From positions 46,712 through 110,711 of the forward strand of contig JAFCDX010000003.1 of the NCBI GenBank assembly GCA_017609465.1: 64,000 bases of DNA, read 5' to 3'. The notes beneath the pieces were generated by a model. The model was not told the DNA's origin, did no database searches, and worked only from the letters and a program-made list of their open reading frames with translations. Within the stretch, counting starts at the first letter, position 1, and each line of letters starts with the position of its first letter. The translations under genes were made by a program, and so were the position numbers. Below, piece by piece: positions 38,655 to 48,594 of the stretch. The DNA comes from Candidatus Woesearchaeota archaeon. GTDB taxonomy: Archaea; Nanobdellota; Nanobdellia; SCGC-AAA011-G17; JAFCDX01.

Positions 38655-39022
38655 TGGATGAAAATCTTATGTTTGTTCAATTAAACAAACCTAATGAATT
38701 GAGAAAAAGTATTCTGAGAAGTGCTCTTGACACAACAACACTTTTAAAAGATTTTGATAATATTAAAGAAATAAAGGAAGAAAAATATGGGGCTATGGAA
38801 AATCTCATAGGAAGATTAAAAGAAATTAAAAAATTGAGCAATAAAATGGAAAAACATCTCCCAAAAGTTGAAATTGAAAAACCTGAGAAAAGAAAAATTA
38901 AACCAGAAAAAAAAGGGAAAAAACAATTCACTGAAAAAAAGATATCCAAGAAAATTTCTTCTGAAGATGATGCTCTTGCAGAAGAGATAATGAATATTGA
39001 GAAAAAGTTAAAATCAATATAA
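38651..39022 (+). CDS. coiled-coil protein, hypothetical
   Basis: Translationally coupled to 38217..38654; a small HSP follows. Confidence 0.35.
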   Translation: MMDENLMFVQLNKPNELRKSILRSALDTTTLLKDFDNIKEIKEEKYGAMENLIGRLKEIKKLSNKMEKHLPKVEIEKPEKRKIKPEKKGKKQFTEKKISKKISSEDDALAEEIMNIEKKLKSI

Positions 39023-39023
39023 A

Positions 39024-39332
39024 ATGGTATGGAATCCATTCAAACAAAAAAAGAATATATTCAAAGAAAGGGGAAATCTTATAATAAAATTAAATCTTGA
39101 AGGTTTTGATAAGAAAAATATTAAAGTTGATGTTAGAACCAATAGGATATATGTCTCAGGAGAAAGAAAAGATAAAGAGAAGATAAAGAAAAAAGGTTTA
39201 TTTAAACAAAAAATAGAATATTCTTCATACAGTGACAGTTTTACATTGCCTGAAAAAGTAATTCCAAAGAAGGCCAAATGGACATATAAAAATAATATTC
39301 TCAGAATAAATATCCCCATAGCAAAATCATAG
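39024..39332 (+). CDS. small heat-shock protein (Hsp20/alpha-crystallin)
   Basis: 'FTLPEKVIPKKAKWTYKNNILRINIP' is the ACD signature. Confidence 0.6.
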   Translation: MVWNPFKQKKNIFKERGNLIIKLNLEGFDKKNIKVDVRTNRIYVSGERKDKEKIKKKGLFKQKIEYSSYSDSFTLPEKVIPKKAKWTYKNNILRINIPIAKS

Positions 39333-39367
39333 AAAATTTTATATAACAATCTAATCAATAATTCTTA

Positions 39368-41134
39368 ATGAAAGCAGATAAATTAAGAAAGAAATATCTT
39401 GAATTTTTTAAAATTAAATCTCATGCTATAATACCTTCAGGATCTTTAGTACCTGAAAATGACCCTACAGTTTTATTTACAACAGCCGGTATGCACCCAT
39501 TAGTTCCTTTTTTACTGGGGGAAAAACACCCTTTAGGCAAAAGATTAGCAAATGTTCAAAAATGCATAAGAACAGGGGATATAGAAGAAGTTGGTGATGA
39601 TACTCATTTAACTTTCTTTGAAATGCTTGGAAATTGGTCTTTGGGAGATTATTTCAAGAAAGAGGTCATTAAATGGTCATGGGAATTTTTGACATCGAAA
39701 AAATGGTTAGGACTTGATAAAAATAAGATCGCTATAAGTTGTTTTAAAGGAGATAAAAACGCTTCAAAGGATGTGGAAACAGCAGAAATATGGAAATCAT
39801 TAGGGGTTTCTGAAAAAAGAATAGCATTTCTCCCAAAAGAAGATAATTGGTGGGGCCCAGCAGGAAACACAGGCCCATGTGGTCCAGATACTGAAATGTT
39901 CTATTGGGTAGGGGATGAACAAGCACCAGAAAAATTTGATCCAGAAGATGAAAGATGGGTGGAAATATGGAATGATGTTTTTATGCAATATAATAAAACA
40001 AAAGATGGAAATTATGAAGAACTAAAGCAAAAAAATGTTGATACTGGAATGGGATTGGAAAGAACTGCTGCAATATTGCAAGGAAAAAAATCAGTATATG
40101 AAACAGAATTATTTACTCCAATAATAAAAAAGATTGAAAAATTATCCAAAAAGAAATATGGGGAAAAAGAAAAGGAAACAAGAGCAATAAGGATAATTAC
40201 AGATCATTTAAAAGCCGCTACTTTTATTTTATCAGAAAATGTTGCTCCTTCAAATACTGAGCAGGGTTATGTCCTTAGAAGATTGATAAGAAGATCTATA
40301 AGATATGGGAAAATATTAATGATGCAGAATAATTTTACAAAAGATATTTCAGAAATTATAATTGATATGTATCCTGAATATAAAGAGTTAAAGAAAAATA
40401 AAAATTTTATATTAAAAGAAATAGAAAATGAAGAAAATAGATTCAGGCAAACATTAGCTTCTGGACTAAGATATTTTAATAAAATTATTGAAAATGCAAA
40501 AGGAAAGACAATAAGTGGGAAAGATGCATTTCTTTTATATCAAAGTTATGGTTTTCCAATAGAAATAACTTGGGAACTAGCTAAAGAAAAAAATCTAAAG
40601 GTTGATATGAAAGGATATGAAAAAGAATTCAAAAAACATCAGGAATTAAGCAGAACTGCAACAGAAGGAAAATTTAAGGCGGGTCTTGCAGACAAATCAG
40701 AAGAAACTACGAAACTCCATACTGCAACACATTTATTATTATCTGCATTGAAAAAAGTCTTAGACAAAGAAGATATAATGCAAAAAGGTTCTAATATAAC
40801 AGCTGAAAGATTAAGATTTGATTTTAATTTTGATAGAAAATTAACACAAGAAGAATTGAAAGAAATAGAGGATTTAGTTAATGAAAAAATAAAAGAAAGT
40901 ATTGAAATAAAATGGGAAGAGATTCCACTTGAAGAAGCAAAAAAAAGAAACATTACAGGATCATTTAAACATAAATATGGAGAGAAAGTAAAAGTATATT
41001 CAATAGGGAATTTTTCAAAGGAAATCTGTGGAGGTCCTCATGTAAATAATACAAAAAACCTTGGACATTTCAAAATTAAAAAAGAAGAAAGTGTTTCTGC
41101 CGGAGTAAGAAGAATTAAAGCTGTTTTAGAATGA
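39368..41134 (+). CDS. alaS: alanyl-tRNA synthetase, compact bacterial-type (catalytic plus editing domains, no C-Ala domain)
   Basis: N-terminus LVPENDPTVLFTTAGMHPLVPFLLG. Editing-site HTATHLL and CGGPHV motifs. Only 588 aa. Confidence 0.75.
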   Translation: MKADKLRKKYLEFFKIKSHAIIPSGSLVPENDPTVLFTTAGMHPLVPFLLGEKHPLGKRLANVQKCIRTGDIEEVGDDTHLTFFEMLGNWSLGDYFKKEVIKWSWEFLTSKKWLGLDKNKIAISCFKGDKNASKDVETAEIWKSLGVSEKRIAFLPKEDNWWGPAGNTGPCGPDTEMFYWVGDEQAPEKFDPEDERWVEIWNDVFMQYNKTKDGNYEELKQKNVDTGMGLERTAAILQGKKSVYETELFTPIIKKIEKLSKKKYGEKEKETRAIRIITDHLKAATFILSENVAPSNTEQGYVLRRLIRRSIRYGKILMMQNNFTKDISEIIIDMYPEYKELKKNKNFILKEIENEENRFRQTLASGLRYFNKIIENAKGKTISGKDAFLLYQSYGFPIEITWELAKEKNLKVDMKGYEKEFKKHQELSRTATEGKFKAGLADKSEETTKLHTATHLLLSALKKVLDKEDIMQKGSNITAERLRFDFNFDRKLTQEELKEIEDLVNEKIKESIEIKWEEIPLEEAKKRNITGSFKHKYGEKVKVYSIGNFSKEICGGPHVNNTKNLGHFKIKKEESVSAGVRRIKAVLE

Positions 41135-41995
41135 AGTTGAAGCAATTTTTCTTGGTTTTGTTAATTGATTAAATTTTTCAACATAATCTTTAGTAACTTT
41201 TGGTATCTTCCCGGAATACATAAGGTTATAATAAGCTATATTAGGGTCTGTTATTTTATTGTCTATTATATGAGAAGAAAGTGCTCTTCTTACATTTCCC
41301 ACTCCCCAATTATAAGATATTAATGCAAATTCTTTGCTTCTGTGTTTTGCATCAATTCCTTCAAAATAATTAATTAGATTATTAAAATATTTAACCCCAC
41401 AATTCATATTTTTATAAGGATTTTCTAATTCTTCTCTAGACAAACCACAAACTTCTTCTGCAGTTGAAGGTAATAATTGCATTATCCCTACAGCTCCTGC
41501 ATTTGAAGTAATATCATGTATAAAAGAAGATTCTATAATACCCAAAGATATTATGTCTTGTTTAGGGATTCCATATATATCAGATAATTTTTCTATAAAG
41601 GGTTCATATTTTTTAACTCTATTATAATATTTTCCGAAATCAAAAAAATTTATATTTGTTTCTTCATCTTCTTTAGATGATTGTTTTCTAGAGTTATAAG
41701 AATTAATCCCTGGTCTATCCACAAAGGTTACATCAAATTCCTGTTTTTGATTTTCTTTCAAATATTCATTCATATGTAATCTATATGTCAAAGTAATTGT
41801 TTTTGGTTCATCATAAGAATTCCTTTTTTCTATTTTATTCTCTATTGATGTTTTTTCTTTTAAAGAAATATTTTCTTTTTTATCTATTGTATTTGAAAAA
41901 AAAGCAAAACTTGCACTTCCAAAAAAGGCTAAAGCATATAATGCACACCCAAATCTTTTTATATTACTATTTTTAGTTTTATTATTAATTCCCAT
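41126..41995 (-). CDS. membrane-anchored lytic transglycosylase (SLT domain)
   Basis: 'GIIESSFIHDITSNAGAVGIMQLLPSTAEEV' holds the catalytic Glu in the ES motif, and '...ISYNWG' is the second SLT motif. N-terminal hydrophobic anchor. Confidence 0.7.
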   Translation of the reverse strand: MGINNKTKNSNIKRFGCALYALAFFGSASFAFFSNTIDKKENISLKEKTSIENKIEKRNSYDEPKTITLTYRLHMNEYLKENQKQEFDVTFVDRPGINSYNSRKQSSKEDEETNINFFDFGKYYNRVKKYEPFIEKLSDIYGIPKQDIISLGIIESSFIHDITSNAGAVGIMQLLPSTAEEVCGLSREELENPYKNMNCGVKYFNNLINYFEGIDAKHRSKEFALISYNWGVGNVRRALSSHIIDNKITDPNIAYYNLMYSGKIPKVTKDYVEKFNQLTKPRKIASTSF

Positions 41996-42060
41996 ATAAA
42001 AACAGAAGGATTGCTCTTTTTAAACTTTTCTATTGATACTACTTAAGAATAATGAAATTA

Positions 42061-44562
42061 TTATTCTATATAAATTGCTGGTTTTCCTGGTTTTGCTTTC
42101 TTAGATTTGTTTGAAGGGTCATATTTATCCTTGTCGTTTACAGCATAAACTTGAATTTCCAGATCTAATTCGTCTTCTAATAATTCTTTATTTTCATTAA
42201 ACAAACTCTTTTCTTTAGGGATTGAATATATAATCACTTTTTTGGCTTTTTTATTTATTAATTTTAATATCTCATTTATGTCGGATATTGTATTATGCAA
42301 TAATTCCTCTAATTCTTCTGCTTTTTTATTTATTTTATTGGAGTCGAATTTAGGCCATTTTTCCATTGAAATATAATTCTTGTTTCCTATTTTTTCCCAG
42401 AGTTCTTCTGAAATATGGGGACAAAAAGGAGAAAACAATAATATTAAGTCTTTCAAACATTCATGGTATATTTTTTCATTAACTTCTTGTTTTTTATACC
42501 TGTTAATACTATTTACCAATTCCATTAAAGAACCTATTGCCAGACTTAATTTAAAATCATTAATATATTCTGTTACTTGTTTTATGGTTGAATTTGTTTT
42601 TGAGATGATAAATTTATCTTTATTATTAATATCTTTTCTGAATTTTGGTTTATCATTAACCAAATTATAAATCCTGTTTAAAAATTTGAAAGAGCCCTCA
42701 ACTCCTTTATCATTCCATTCAAGTTCTCTCTCGGGCAATGCTGCAAATAAAATAAATAATCTTGCTGTATCAGGCCCATATTTGTCTATTATCCAAGAAG
42801 GATCAACTACATTTCCAAGAGATTTTGACATCTTTGCACCATCTTTAGTTACCATTCCTTGCGTAAGCAATCTTGTAAAAGGCTCGCTAACTTTTGTTAA
42901 TTTCAAATCTCTTAATACTTTTGTGAAAAATCTTGCATATAATAAATGAAGTATCGCATGCTCTATACCTCCTATATATTGATTTACAGGCATAAAATAT
43001 TCTGCTCCTTTTGAAAAAGGTAATTTGTTTTCCTTTGAATCGCAGAATCTGAAGAAATACCATGAAGAATCAACAAAAGTATCCATTGTATCTGTTTCTC
43101 TTTTAGCTTCTCCCTTACATTTAGGGCATTTTACATTAACAAAGGATCCAGAAGTTAATAATGGATTTCCTTCTCCTGTGAATTTAACATCTTTTGGTAA
43201 TTTAACAGGCAAATTCTTTTCAGGAACAGGAACAACTCCACATTTACCACAATAAATAATAGGTATTGGTGTTCCCCAATATCTTTGTCTTGATATTAAC
43301 CAGTCTCTTAACTTGTATTGTACTGTTTTTTTTCCTAATTTATTCTTTTCAATGTATTTTGTTATATAATCAATTGCATCCTTATTATTTAATCCATTGA
43401 ATTCTCCTGAATTAATTAATTTTCCCTCCCCTATATAAGCTCTATCCATTTTTTTTTCATTTAAATCAAAATCAGAAGAGGAAATTACAACCTTTATAGG
43501 AATTTTATATTTTTTTGCAAATTCAAAATCTCTCTGGTCATGTGCAGGAACTGCCATTATCATTCCTGTGCCATAATCAAGTAAAACAAAATTAGCAATA
43601 TATATTGGGATTTTCTCATTGTTTAATGGATTAACTGCATACTTTCCTATGAACATACCTTTTTTCTCTGATTCTTCTGAGGTTCTCTCAAATTTTTCCT
43701 TTATAACAACTTCATTAATGAATTTCTTTACATCTTTTTCATATTTTGTTCCTTTTACTAATTCCAAGACCTTTGGATGTTCTGGAGCAAATACCATGAA
43801 TGTAACCCCATATAATGTATCTGGTCTTGTTGTAAAAACAGGTAAATTTTCATCTGTATCTTTTAATTTAAAATTGACAAGGGTTCCCTCTGATTTTCCA
43901 ATCCAATTTTTTTGCATTATTTTAACTTTTTCAGGCCAATCCCTTAATTTATCCAAATCATTTAATAATTCTTTCGCATATTTTGTTATCTTGAAAAACC
44001 ACTGCTCTAAATCTTTAATTTCAACTTCTGATGAACATCTCCAGCATTTTCCATCAATAACTTGTTCATTAGCAAGCACAGTTTTACAACTAGGACACCA
44101 ATTAACAGGAGATTTTTTTCTATAAGCCAGTCCTTTTTCAAACATTTTTAAGAATATCCATTGATTCCATTTGTAATAACTTTCTCTATGAGAAGCAATT
44201 TCTCTTGACCAATCATAACTTAATCCTATGGATTTTTGCTGTCTCTTTATTGCTTTTATATTTGACTCTGTCCATTCTCTTGGATCTGCTTTGTTTTTTA
44301 TTGCTGCATTTTCAGCAGGAAGCCCGAAAGAATCATAACCCATTGGATAAAGAACATTAAAACAATTCATCCTCATAAATCTTGCAATACAATCTCCAAT
44401 AGAATAATTTCTCAAATGACCAATATGCAATGTTGCTGAAGGATAAGGGTACATTTCCAAAACATAATACTTTTGTTTATTTTTAGAAATCTTTGTAGCA
44501 AAGATATTATCTTTTTCCCATCTATTCTGCCATTTCTTTGCTATCTTATTAAAATCAACCAT
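42061..44562 (-). CDS. leuS: leucyl-tRNA synthetase
   Basis: [15 protein letters not shown] (HIGH) and AKMSKSLGN (KMSKS). Confidence 0.85.
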   Translation of the reverse strand: MVDFNKIAKKWQNRWEKDNIFATKISKNKQKYYVLEMYPYPSATLHIGHLRNYSIGDCIARFMRMNCFNVLYPMGYDSFGLPAENAAIKNKADPREWTESNIKAIKRQQKSIGLSYDWSREIASHRESYYKWNQWIFLKMFEKGLAYRKKSPVNWCPSCKTVLANEQVIDGKCWRCSSEVEIKDLEQWFFKITKYAKELLNDLDKLRDWPEKVKIMQKNWIGKSEGTLVNFKLKDTDENLPVFTTRPDTLYGVTFMVFAPEHPKVLELVKGTKYEKDVKKFINEVVIKEKFERTSEESEKKGMFIGKYAVNPLNNEKIPIYIANFVLLDYGTGMIMAVPAHDQRDFEFAKKYKIPIKVVISSSDFDLNEKKMDRAYIGEGKLINSGEFNGLNNKDAIDYITKYIEKNKLGKKTVQYKLRDWLISRQRYWGTPIPIIYCGKCGVVPVPEKNLPVKLPKDVKFTGEGNPLLTSGSFVNVKCPKCKGEAKRETDTMDTFVDSSWYFFRFCDSKENKLPFSKGAEYFMPVNQYIGGIEHAILHLLYARFFTKVLRDLKLTKVSEPFTRLLTQGMVTKDGAKMSKSLGNVVDPSWIIDKYGPDTARLFILFAALPERELEWNDKGVEGSFKFLNRIYNLVNDKPKFRKDINNKDKFIISKTNSTIKQVTEYINDFKLSLAIGSLMELVNSINRYKKQEVNEKIYHECLKDLILLFSPFCPHISEELWEKIGNKNYISMEKWPKFDSNKINKKAEELEELLHNTISDINEILKLINKKAKKVIIYSIPKEKSLFNENKELLEDELDLEIQVYAVNDKDKYDPSNKSKKAKPGKPAIYIE

Positions 44563-44596
44563 AATAGAAATTTAATTAATATTTATTTAAAGTTTT

Positions 44597-44923
44597 TTAT
44601 TGTAATTTCTTCTCTAAATCTTCCTTTATCTCAGATAAACGTTCCTCTAAGGGTATTTTTACTTCTCTAGTCTCTGAACCTTTAATTTTAACTCTCTTTT
44701 TAAATTTAAAATCTTTTGGTATTGAATTATCAAATATTATATTATATCCTTTTTCTAACAAAGCGTACAATTTATTATAAAGGCCCTTTTCAGTATATGT
44801 AACCCCCACTTTATGAAATCCATTCCCATTCACATGATTTTCTTCTTTATTTCTTTTTAAAATCATGAATTTCTCGTCTTTTGAAGCGTCATATATTATT
44901 TTTACTTCTTTATAATTTGGCAT
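44597..44923 (-). CDS. hypothetical protein
   Basis: ORF only. Confidence 0.3.
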   Translation of the reverse strand: MPNYKEVKIIYDASKDEKFMILKRNKEENHVNGNGFHKVGVTYTEKGLYNKLYALLEKGYNIIFDNSIPKDFKFKKRVKIKGSETREVKIPLEERLSEIKEDLEKKLQ

Positions 44924-44998
44924 AGAAATTTACTTGAAAGTGAATATATTTAAAAGTTTTGAAAAGGTTTTTAAATAGCTAATTTACTTAATTTCTAT

Positions 44999-45073
44999 GG
45001 GCCTGTAGCTTAGTCTGGATAGAGCACTGGCCTTCTAAGCCAGGGGTCGTGGGTTCGAATCCCTCCAGGCCCG
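44999..45073 (+). tRNA. tRNA-Arg (anticodon TCT)
   Basis: Acceptor GGGCCTG/CAGGCCC, D-stem GCTT/GAGC, anticodon stem CTGGC/GCCAG, loop CTTCTAA, T-loop TTCGAAT (one U-U mismatch in the T-stem), discriminator G. Confidence 0.7.
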
Positions 45074-45075
45074 TT

Positions 45076-45148
45076 GCGCACGTGGCGAAGTGGTTAACGC
45101 GGTCGGCTGCAACCCGACTATTCCCAGGTTCAAATCCTGGCGTGCGCT
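45076..45148 (+). tRNA. tRNA-Cys (anticodon GCA)
   Basis: Acceptor GCGCACG/CGTGCGC, anticodon stem GTCGG/CCGAC, loop CTGCAAC, T-arm CCAGG-TTCAAAT-CCTGG, discriminator U as expected for Cys. Two nt after tRNA-Arg. Confidence 0.75.
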
Positions 45149-45194
45149 TAAAACAAAATAAATATAAATAATTAATTATTTATTAATATAAAAG

Positions 45195-45743
45195 ATGGTG
45201 ATGAATTTTACTGAAGTTTTGATAAATAGAGAAGTTTATGCCGAACAACTAATTAATAGGTTCTTGGATATAGTATTGGCACCTTATAATCATCCAGAGA
45301 TGTTGTGGATAGCTATTCCTTTATTGATAACAATATTTCTTATGGAATTTTATTTTGGGAAATACAAAAAGGAAGAATTGGGTTGGAATACTGCTTATGG
45401 TAATGCAATTGTATTAATATTTGTAGCGGTTGATTTGGTTAGGCATGTATATAATCTTGGAGATTTATTCTCATTTCATTTTAAGACACTTATTATAGGA
45501 CTTCTAATAATTGATGGGGTAATCCTTGTATTGATAGATTTTTATCATCTTTTGCCAAAGACATTTGCATTTGGGTTGTCATCAAAGCTTCCAATTAATT
45601 TTTTGGCATATTGTGCAATAATATTTGTTTATACAAATATCTCTCCAACTATAATAACTTTAGCTGCTTTACTCTTATTTTTAATAGCAATCTTCACAAT
45701 TATGAAGATAATAGATTTAATGGAAATAGAAGAAAAAAATTAA
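45195..45743 (+). CDS. polytopic membrane protein, hypothetical
   Basis: Several hydrophobic helices; no motif recognised. Confidence 0.4.
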   Translation: MVMNFTEVLINREVYAEQLINRFLDIVLAPYNHPEMLWIAIPLLITIFLMEFYFGKYKKEELGWNTAYGNAIVLIFVAVDLVRHVYNLGDLFSFHFKTLIIGLLIIDGVILVLIDFYHLLPKTFAFGLSSKLPINFLAYCAIIFVYTNISPTIITLAALLLFLIAIFTIMKIIDLMEIEEKN

Positions 45744-47290
45744 AATTCTCTAACGCCACCAGAGAAAAATATTAATTTCACGAAATAAACTATCAATAAC
45801 AACAATACAATTATACCCAATATCCAAAATATGCTTGTTAATGTATTTTTGCTAAATACTTTATCAAAGAATGACTTTTCTTCAAATACAGCCCCTCCTG
45901 TTCCTGGGAACCCTGTGCTTGAAACATTTATGGTAACTGTATCTGTTGATTCTTCCGAACCATCGCTAACTCTCAATTTAAAAACATAAGTCCCTTCTTT
46001 GTCAAGTCTTGCTGTTGCTATCTTCGAAGTTGGATTTTGTAATTCAACCGCCAATCCTGATTCCTGAGACCATAAATAAGTCAATGCATCATCGTCTGCA
46101 TCTGAACTTTCAGAAGCATCTAATGTAACTGTGGTTCCAGAAGCAACTGTTTGTGATGAACCTGCATCTGCAACAGGTGCTGTATTTGTTTCACATTTAA
46201 TATTTATTGTTGCAAAATCAGATTTTGTTTTGTCGTCATCATCATAATAAATTACAGCCTCCAATGAATATTCTTTTGAATCAACATCTTCAGGGATATC
46301 AACTGTAACTATTTTTGTATCATCATCAGATTCGTCAAGGTCAAATCTTAATGTTTGTCCTGAAAGAACCCCTGTGGAATCCTTAACTTTTATATATACA
46401 TCTTCTTCATCGTTTTCACCTATGTTTTCAACAAATACTCTAACATCAAAGCTTTCTTCACATGTAAGTGTCTGAGGGATTATTTCTTCAATATCTATTG
46501 AAACATCATGAGCTCTCTTGTCTATGTCAAAATCATCATATTTTACATAATCGCAGTTTATATCTTCATCTCCGCTTTCATAAACTCTCATAAATATTAT
46601 GATATCGTTATCAATATCCACATCATTTGGTATTTCTAATTCAATTAAAATATCTTCTTCCTCTTCACCTTCATCCAAATCAAATTCAGGATAAGCAACC
46701 CAATCAGTTAATTCTTCTCCTTCTGTTAAGTCAAATAACATAGCTTCAAAAACAATATCTGCTATATCATCATCACCATCATTGCTTACCTTTGCTTCTA
46801 CTTCCAATATATCTCCAGGATAGAAATCATCTGTATGGTCTCTTACTTCAAAATCATATATATCTAAATCACCAACGATTCCATCTTCACATACCTCTGG
46901 ATTAACAAAAATTTCTAAATCAAAAGTGTCTGACATCCCTCCGACAGACAAGTTAATCTCGCCATCATAAAGGCCTTCATCCATTCTACTATCAATTGTA
47001 GCAGTTACCTTTGCAGTTATTGAACCTCCTGCAGGTATTGATCCTAGATCAGAAAATGCCAATGCGATAACATCGTCATCATCATCTTCAAAATCACTTT
47101 CATCATAAATAAAATTGGATTCTGAGACTGTTATAGAACTTGTTCCTGTATTTTGTATTTCAAATGTAGCCTCAACAACATCTTCTACTTGTCCTTCCAT
47201 TTCCACAGAACCAGTATCAACATTTAATGTAGCCATGGCAAAACTCAAAGTAAATAAAATTGCTATTAAAAACGTAAATAATTTTTTCAT
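45740..47290 (-). CDS. highly acidic secreted surface protein with PKD domain and C-terminal transmembrane anchor
   Basis: Signal peptide MKKLFTFLIAILFTLSFAMA. PKD signature 'NTAPVADAGSSQTVASGTTVTLDASESSDADDDALTYLW'. C-terminus is FPGTGG...SIFWILGIIVLLLLIVYFVKL. Confidence 0.6.
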   Translation of the reverse strand: MKKLFTFLIAILFTLSFAMATLNVDTGSVEMEGQVEDVVEATFEIQNTGTSSITVSESNFIYDESDFEDDDDDVIALAFSDLGSIPAGGSITAKVTATIDSRMDEGLYDGEINLSVGGMSDTFDLEIFVNPEVCEDGIVGDLDIYDFEVRDHTDDFYPGDILEVEAKVSNDGDDDIADIVFEAMLFDLTEGEELTDWVAYPEFDLDEGEEEEDILIELEIPNDVDIDNDIIIFMRVYESGDEDINCDYVKYDDFDIDKRAHDVSIDIEEIIPQTLTCEESFDVRVFVENIGENDEEDVYIKVKDSTGVLSGQTLRFDLDESDDDTKIVTVDIPEDVDSKEYSLEAVIYYDDDDKTKSDFATINIKCETNTAPVADAGSSQTVASGTTVTLDASESSDADDDALTYLWSQESGLAVELQNPTSKIATARLDKEGTYVFKLRVSDGSEESTDTVTINVSSTGFPGTGGAVFEEKSFFDKVFSKNTLTSIFWILGIIVLLLLIVYFVKLIFFSGGVREF

Positions 47291-47396
47291 TATATTGAAA
47301 CCCCCTTAAACCTCTATTTTGTTGCTATCCTTGAGGAATAAATAATATTTAAATCTTTTTGTTTTATATTTTATAGAAAGGTTTTTAAAACTAACT

Positions 47397-47921
47397 ATGG
47401 CAATCAAGTATGAATATAATTTGATTTTAAGGATGATTTTTCTTCTTACTCCTATCAAGATATTTGAAATAATATTTAGACCATTAACAATATATTCTTC
47501 ATACTTCTTATTTTATGTATTTAATCTTAATCCCTATTTATTTGAAAATTCAATAGCTATAAAAGATTCCTATTTAATATTCAGTTCTGCCTGTATTGCG
47601 GCGCCGGCATACTTTTTACTAATGTTTCTTATTGTTACAACAAAGGATATTAAATTTGAGAGAAGAATATTCTCTTTTTTAATTGGTTCTTTATTAATAT
47701 TAATAATGAATGTAATAAGGATATTTATACTGGGTATTATATTGGTCTATTATGGAATTGATTTATTTAATGCCATTCATCTATTGTTCTGGAGTTTGAT
47801 ATCAGGGGTATATGTGGCAGTAGTGTGGATTTTCATTGTATATTATATGAAAATAAAATCAATACCTATATATGATGATATAAAATACCTATACAGAAAA
47901 AGTTTATTAAAAAAGAATTAA
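47397..47921 (+). CDS. short exosortase/archaeosortase-family-like membrane protein (tentative)
   Basis: Multi-TM, 174 aa. Candidate active-site Cys (FSSACIAAPAYF) and conserved Arg (NVIRIFILG) in the relative order seen in EpsH/ArtA. Divergently adjacent to the PKD surface protein. Confidence 0.35.
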   Translation: MAIKYEYNLILRMIFLLTPIKIFEIIFRPLTIYSSYFLFYVFNLNPYLFENSIAIKDSYLIFSSACIAAPAYFLLMFLIVTTKDIKFERRIFSFLIGSLLILIMNVIRIFILGIILVYYGIDLFNAIHLLFWSLISGVYVAVVWIFIVYYMKIKSIPIYDDIKYLYRKSLLKKN

Positions 47922-48502
47922 CTTCTTGACTTCCTATATCTTTTAATTGAAAAATAAAATAATATCAATAATAAAACTCCAATTATGGATAATATATCAA
48001 AATAATTTGTAAGTATATTTAATATTATCTCCCCAAATAATAATATTAAAAATGCTTCTATAAAGAATCTTAAACCTCTGCTAAGAAAAGATGCAATAAC
48101 AAATTTTTTGAAATTAACATAAAAAACCCCTGCTGATATTGTAAATACCTTATAAGGTATTGGCGTAAAACCTGCAACAAAGATTGCCCAAGCTTCATAT
48201 TTTTGGAATAAGTTGTGAACTTTCTGTATTTTCTTCTTTGAAACAAACTTTTCTAGGATATAATGCCCCCCATAATATCCAATCCAATAACCTACAATAC
48301 CCCCTAAAACAGAACCTATTGTAGCTACAAGAGCATACAACAATGCCATCCCTGGATCTATCAAAGAGAGGGTTATTAATAATATATCAGGAGGAATTGG
48401 AAAAAATATGGCTTCTATAAAAGCCAATGAAAATAAACCAAAGATTCCATAAGGAAGAAATATGTTTTTTGTCCACTCTAATAAATTTTCCACAAAACTC
48501 AT
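47918..48502 (-). CDS. DedA/VTT-domain membrane protein
   Basis: TM topology and 'GFTPIPYKVFTISAGVF' VTT-like segment. Confidence 0.5.
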   Translation of the reverse strand: MSFVENLLEWTKNIFLPYGIFGLFSLAFIEAIFFPIPPDILLITLSLIDPGMALLYALVATIGSVLGGIVGYWIGYYGGHYILEKFVSKKKIQKVHNLFQKYEAWAIFVAGFTPIPYKVFTISAGVFYVNFKKFVIASFLSRGLRFFIEAFLILLFGEIILNILTNYFDILSIIGVLLLILFYFSIKRYRKSRS

Positions 48503-48594
48503 TTAAAACATTCCTCTTCAGTTTCTTTAATATAAGCATCACAATTCCCAGGATGCCAATAAAGCATACTAGTTTTATCCATTTATACCTCCAT

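Noticed and set aside
45740-47290. Classical PGF-CTERM sorting signal on the PKD protein
   Set aside because: The P-G motif (FPGTGG) lies ~20 residues before the TM helix rather than abutting it, so only a generic C-terminal anchor is claimed.
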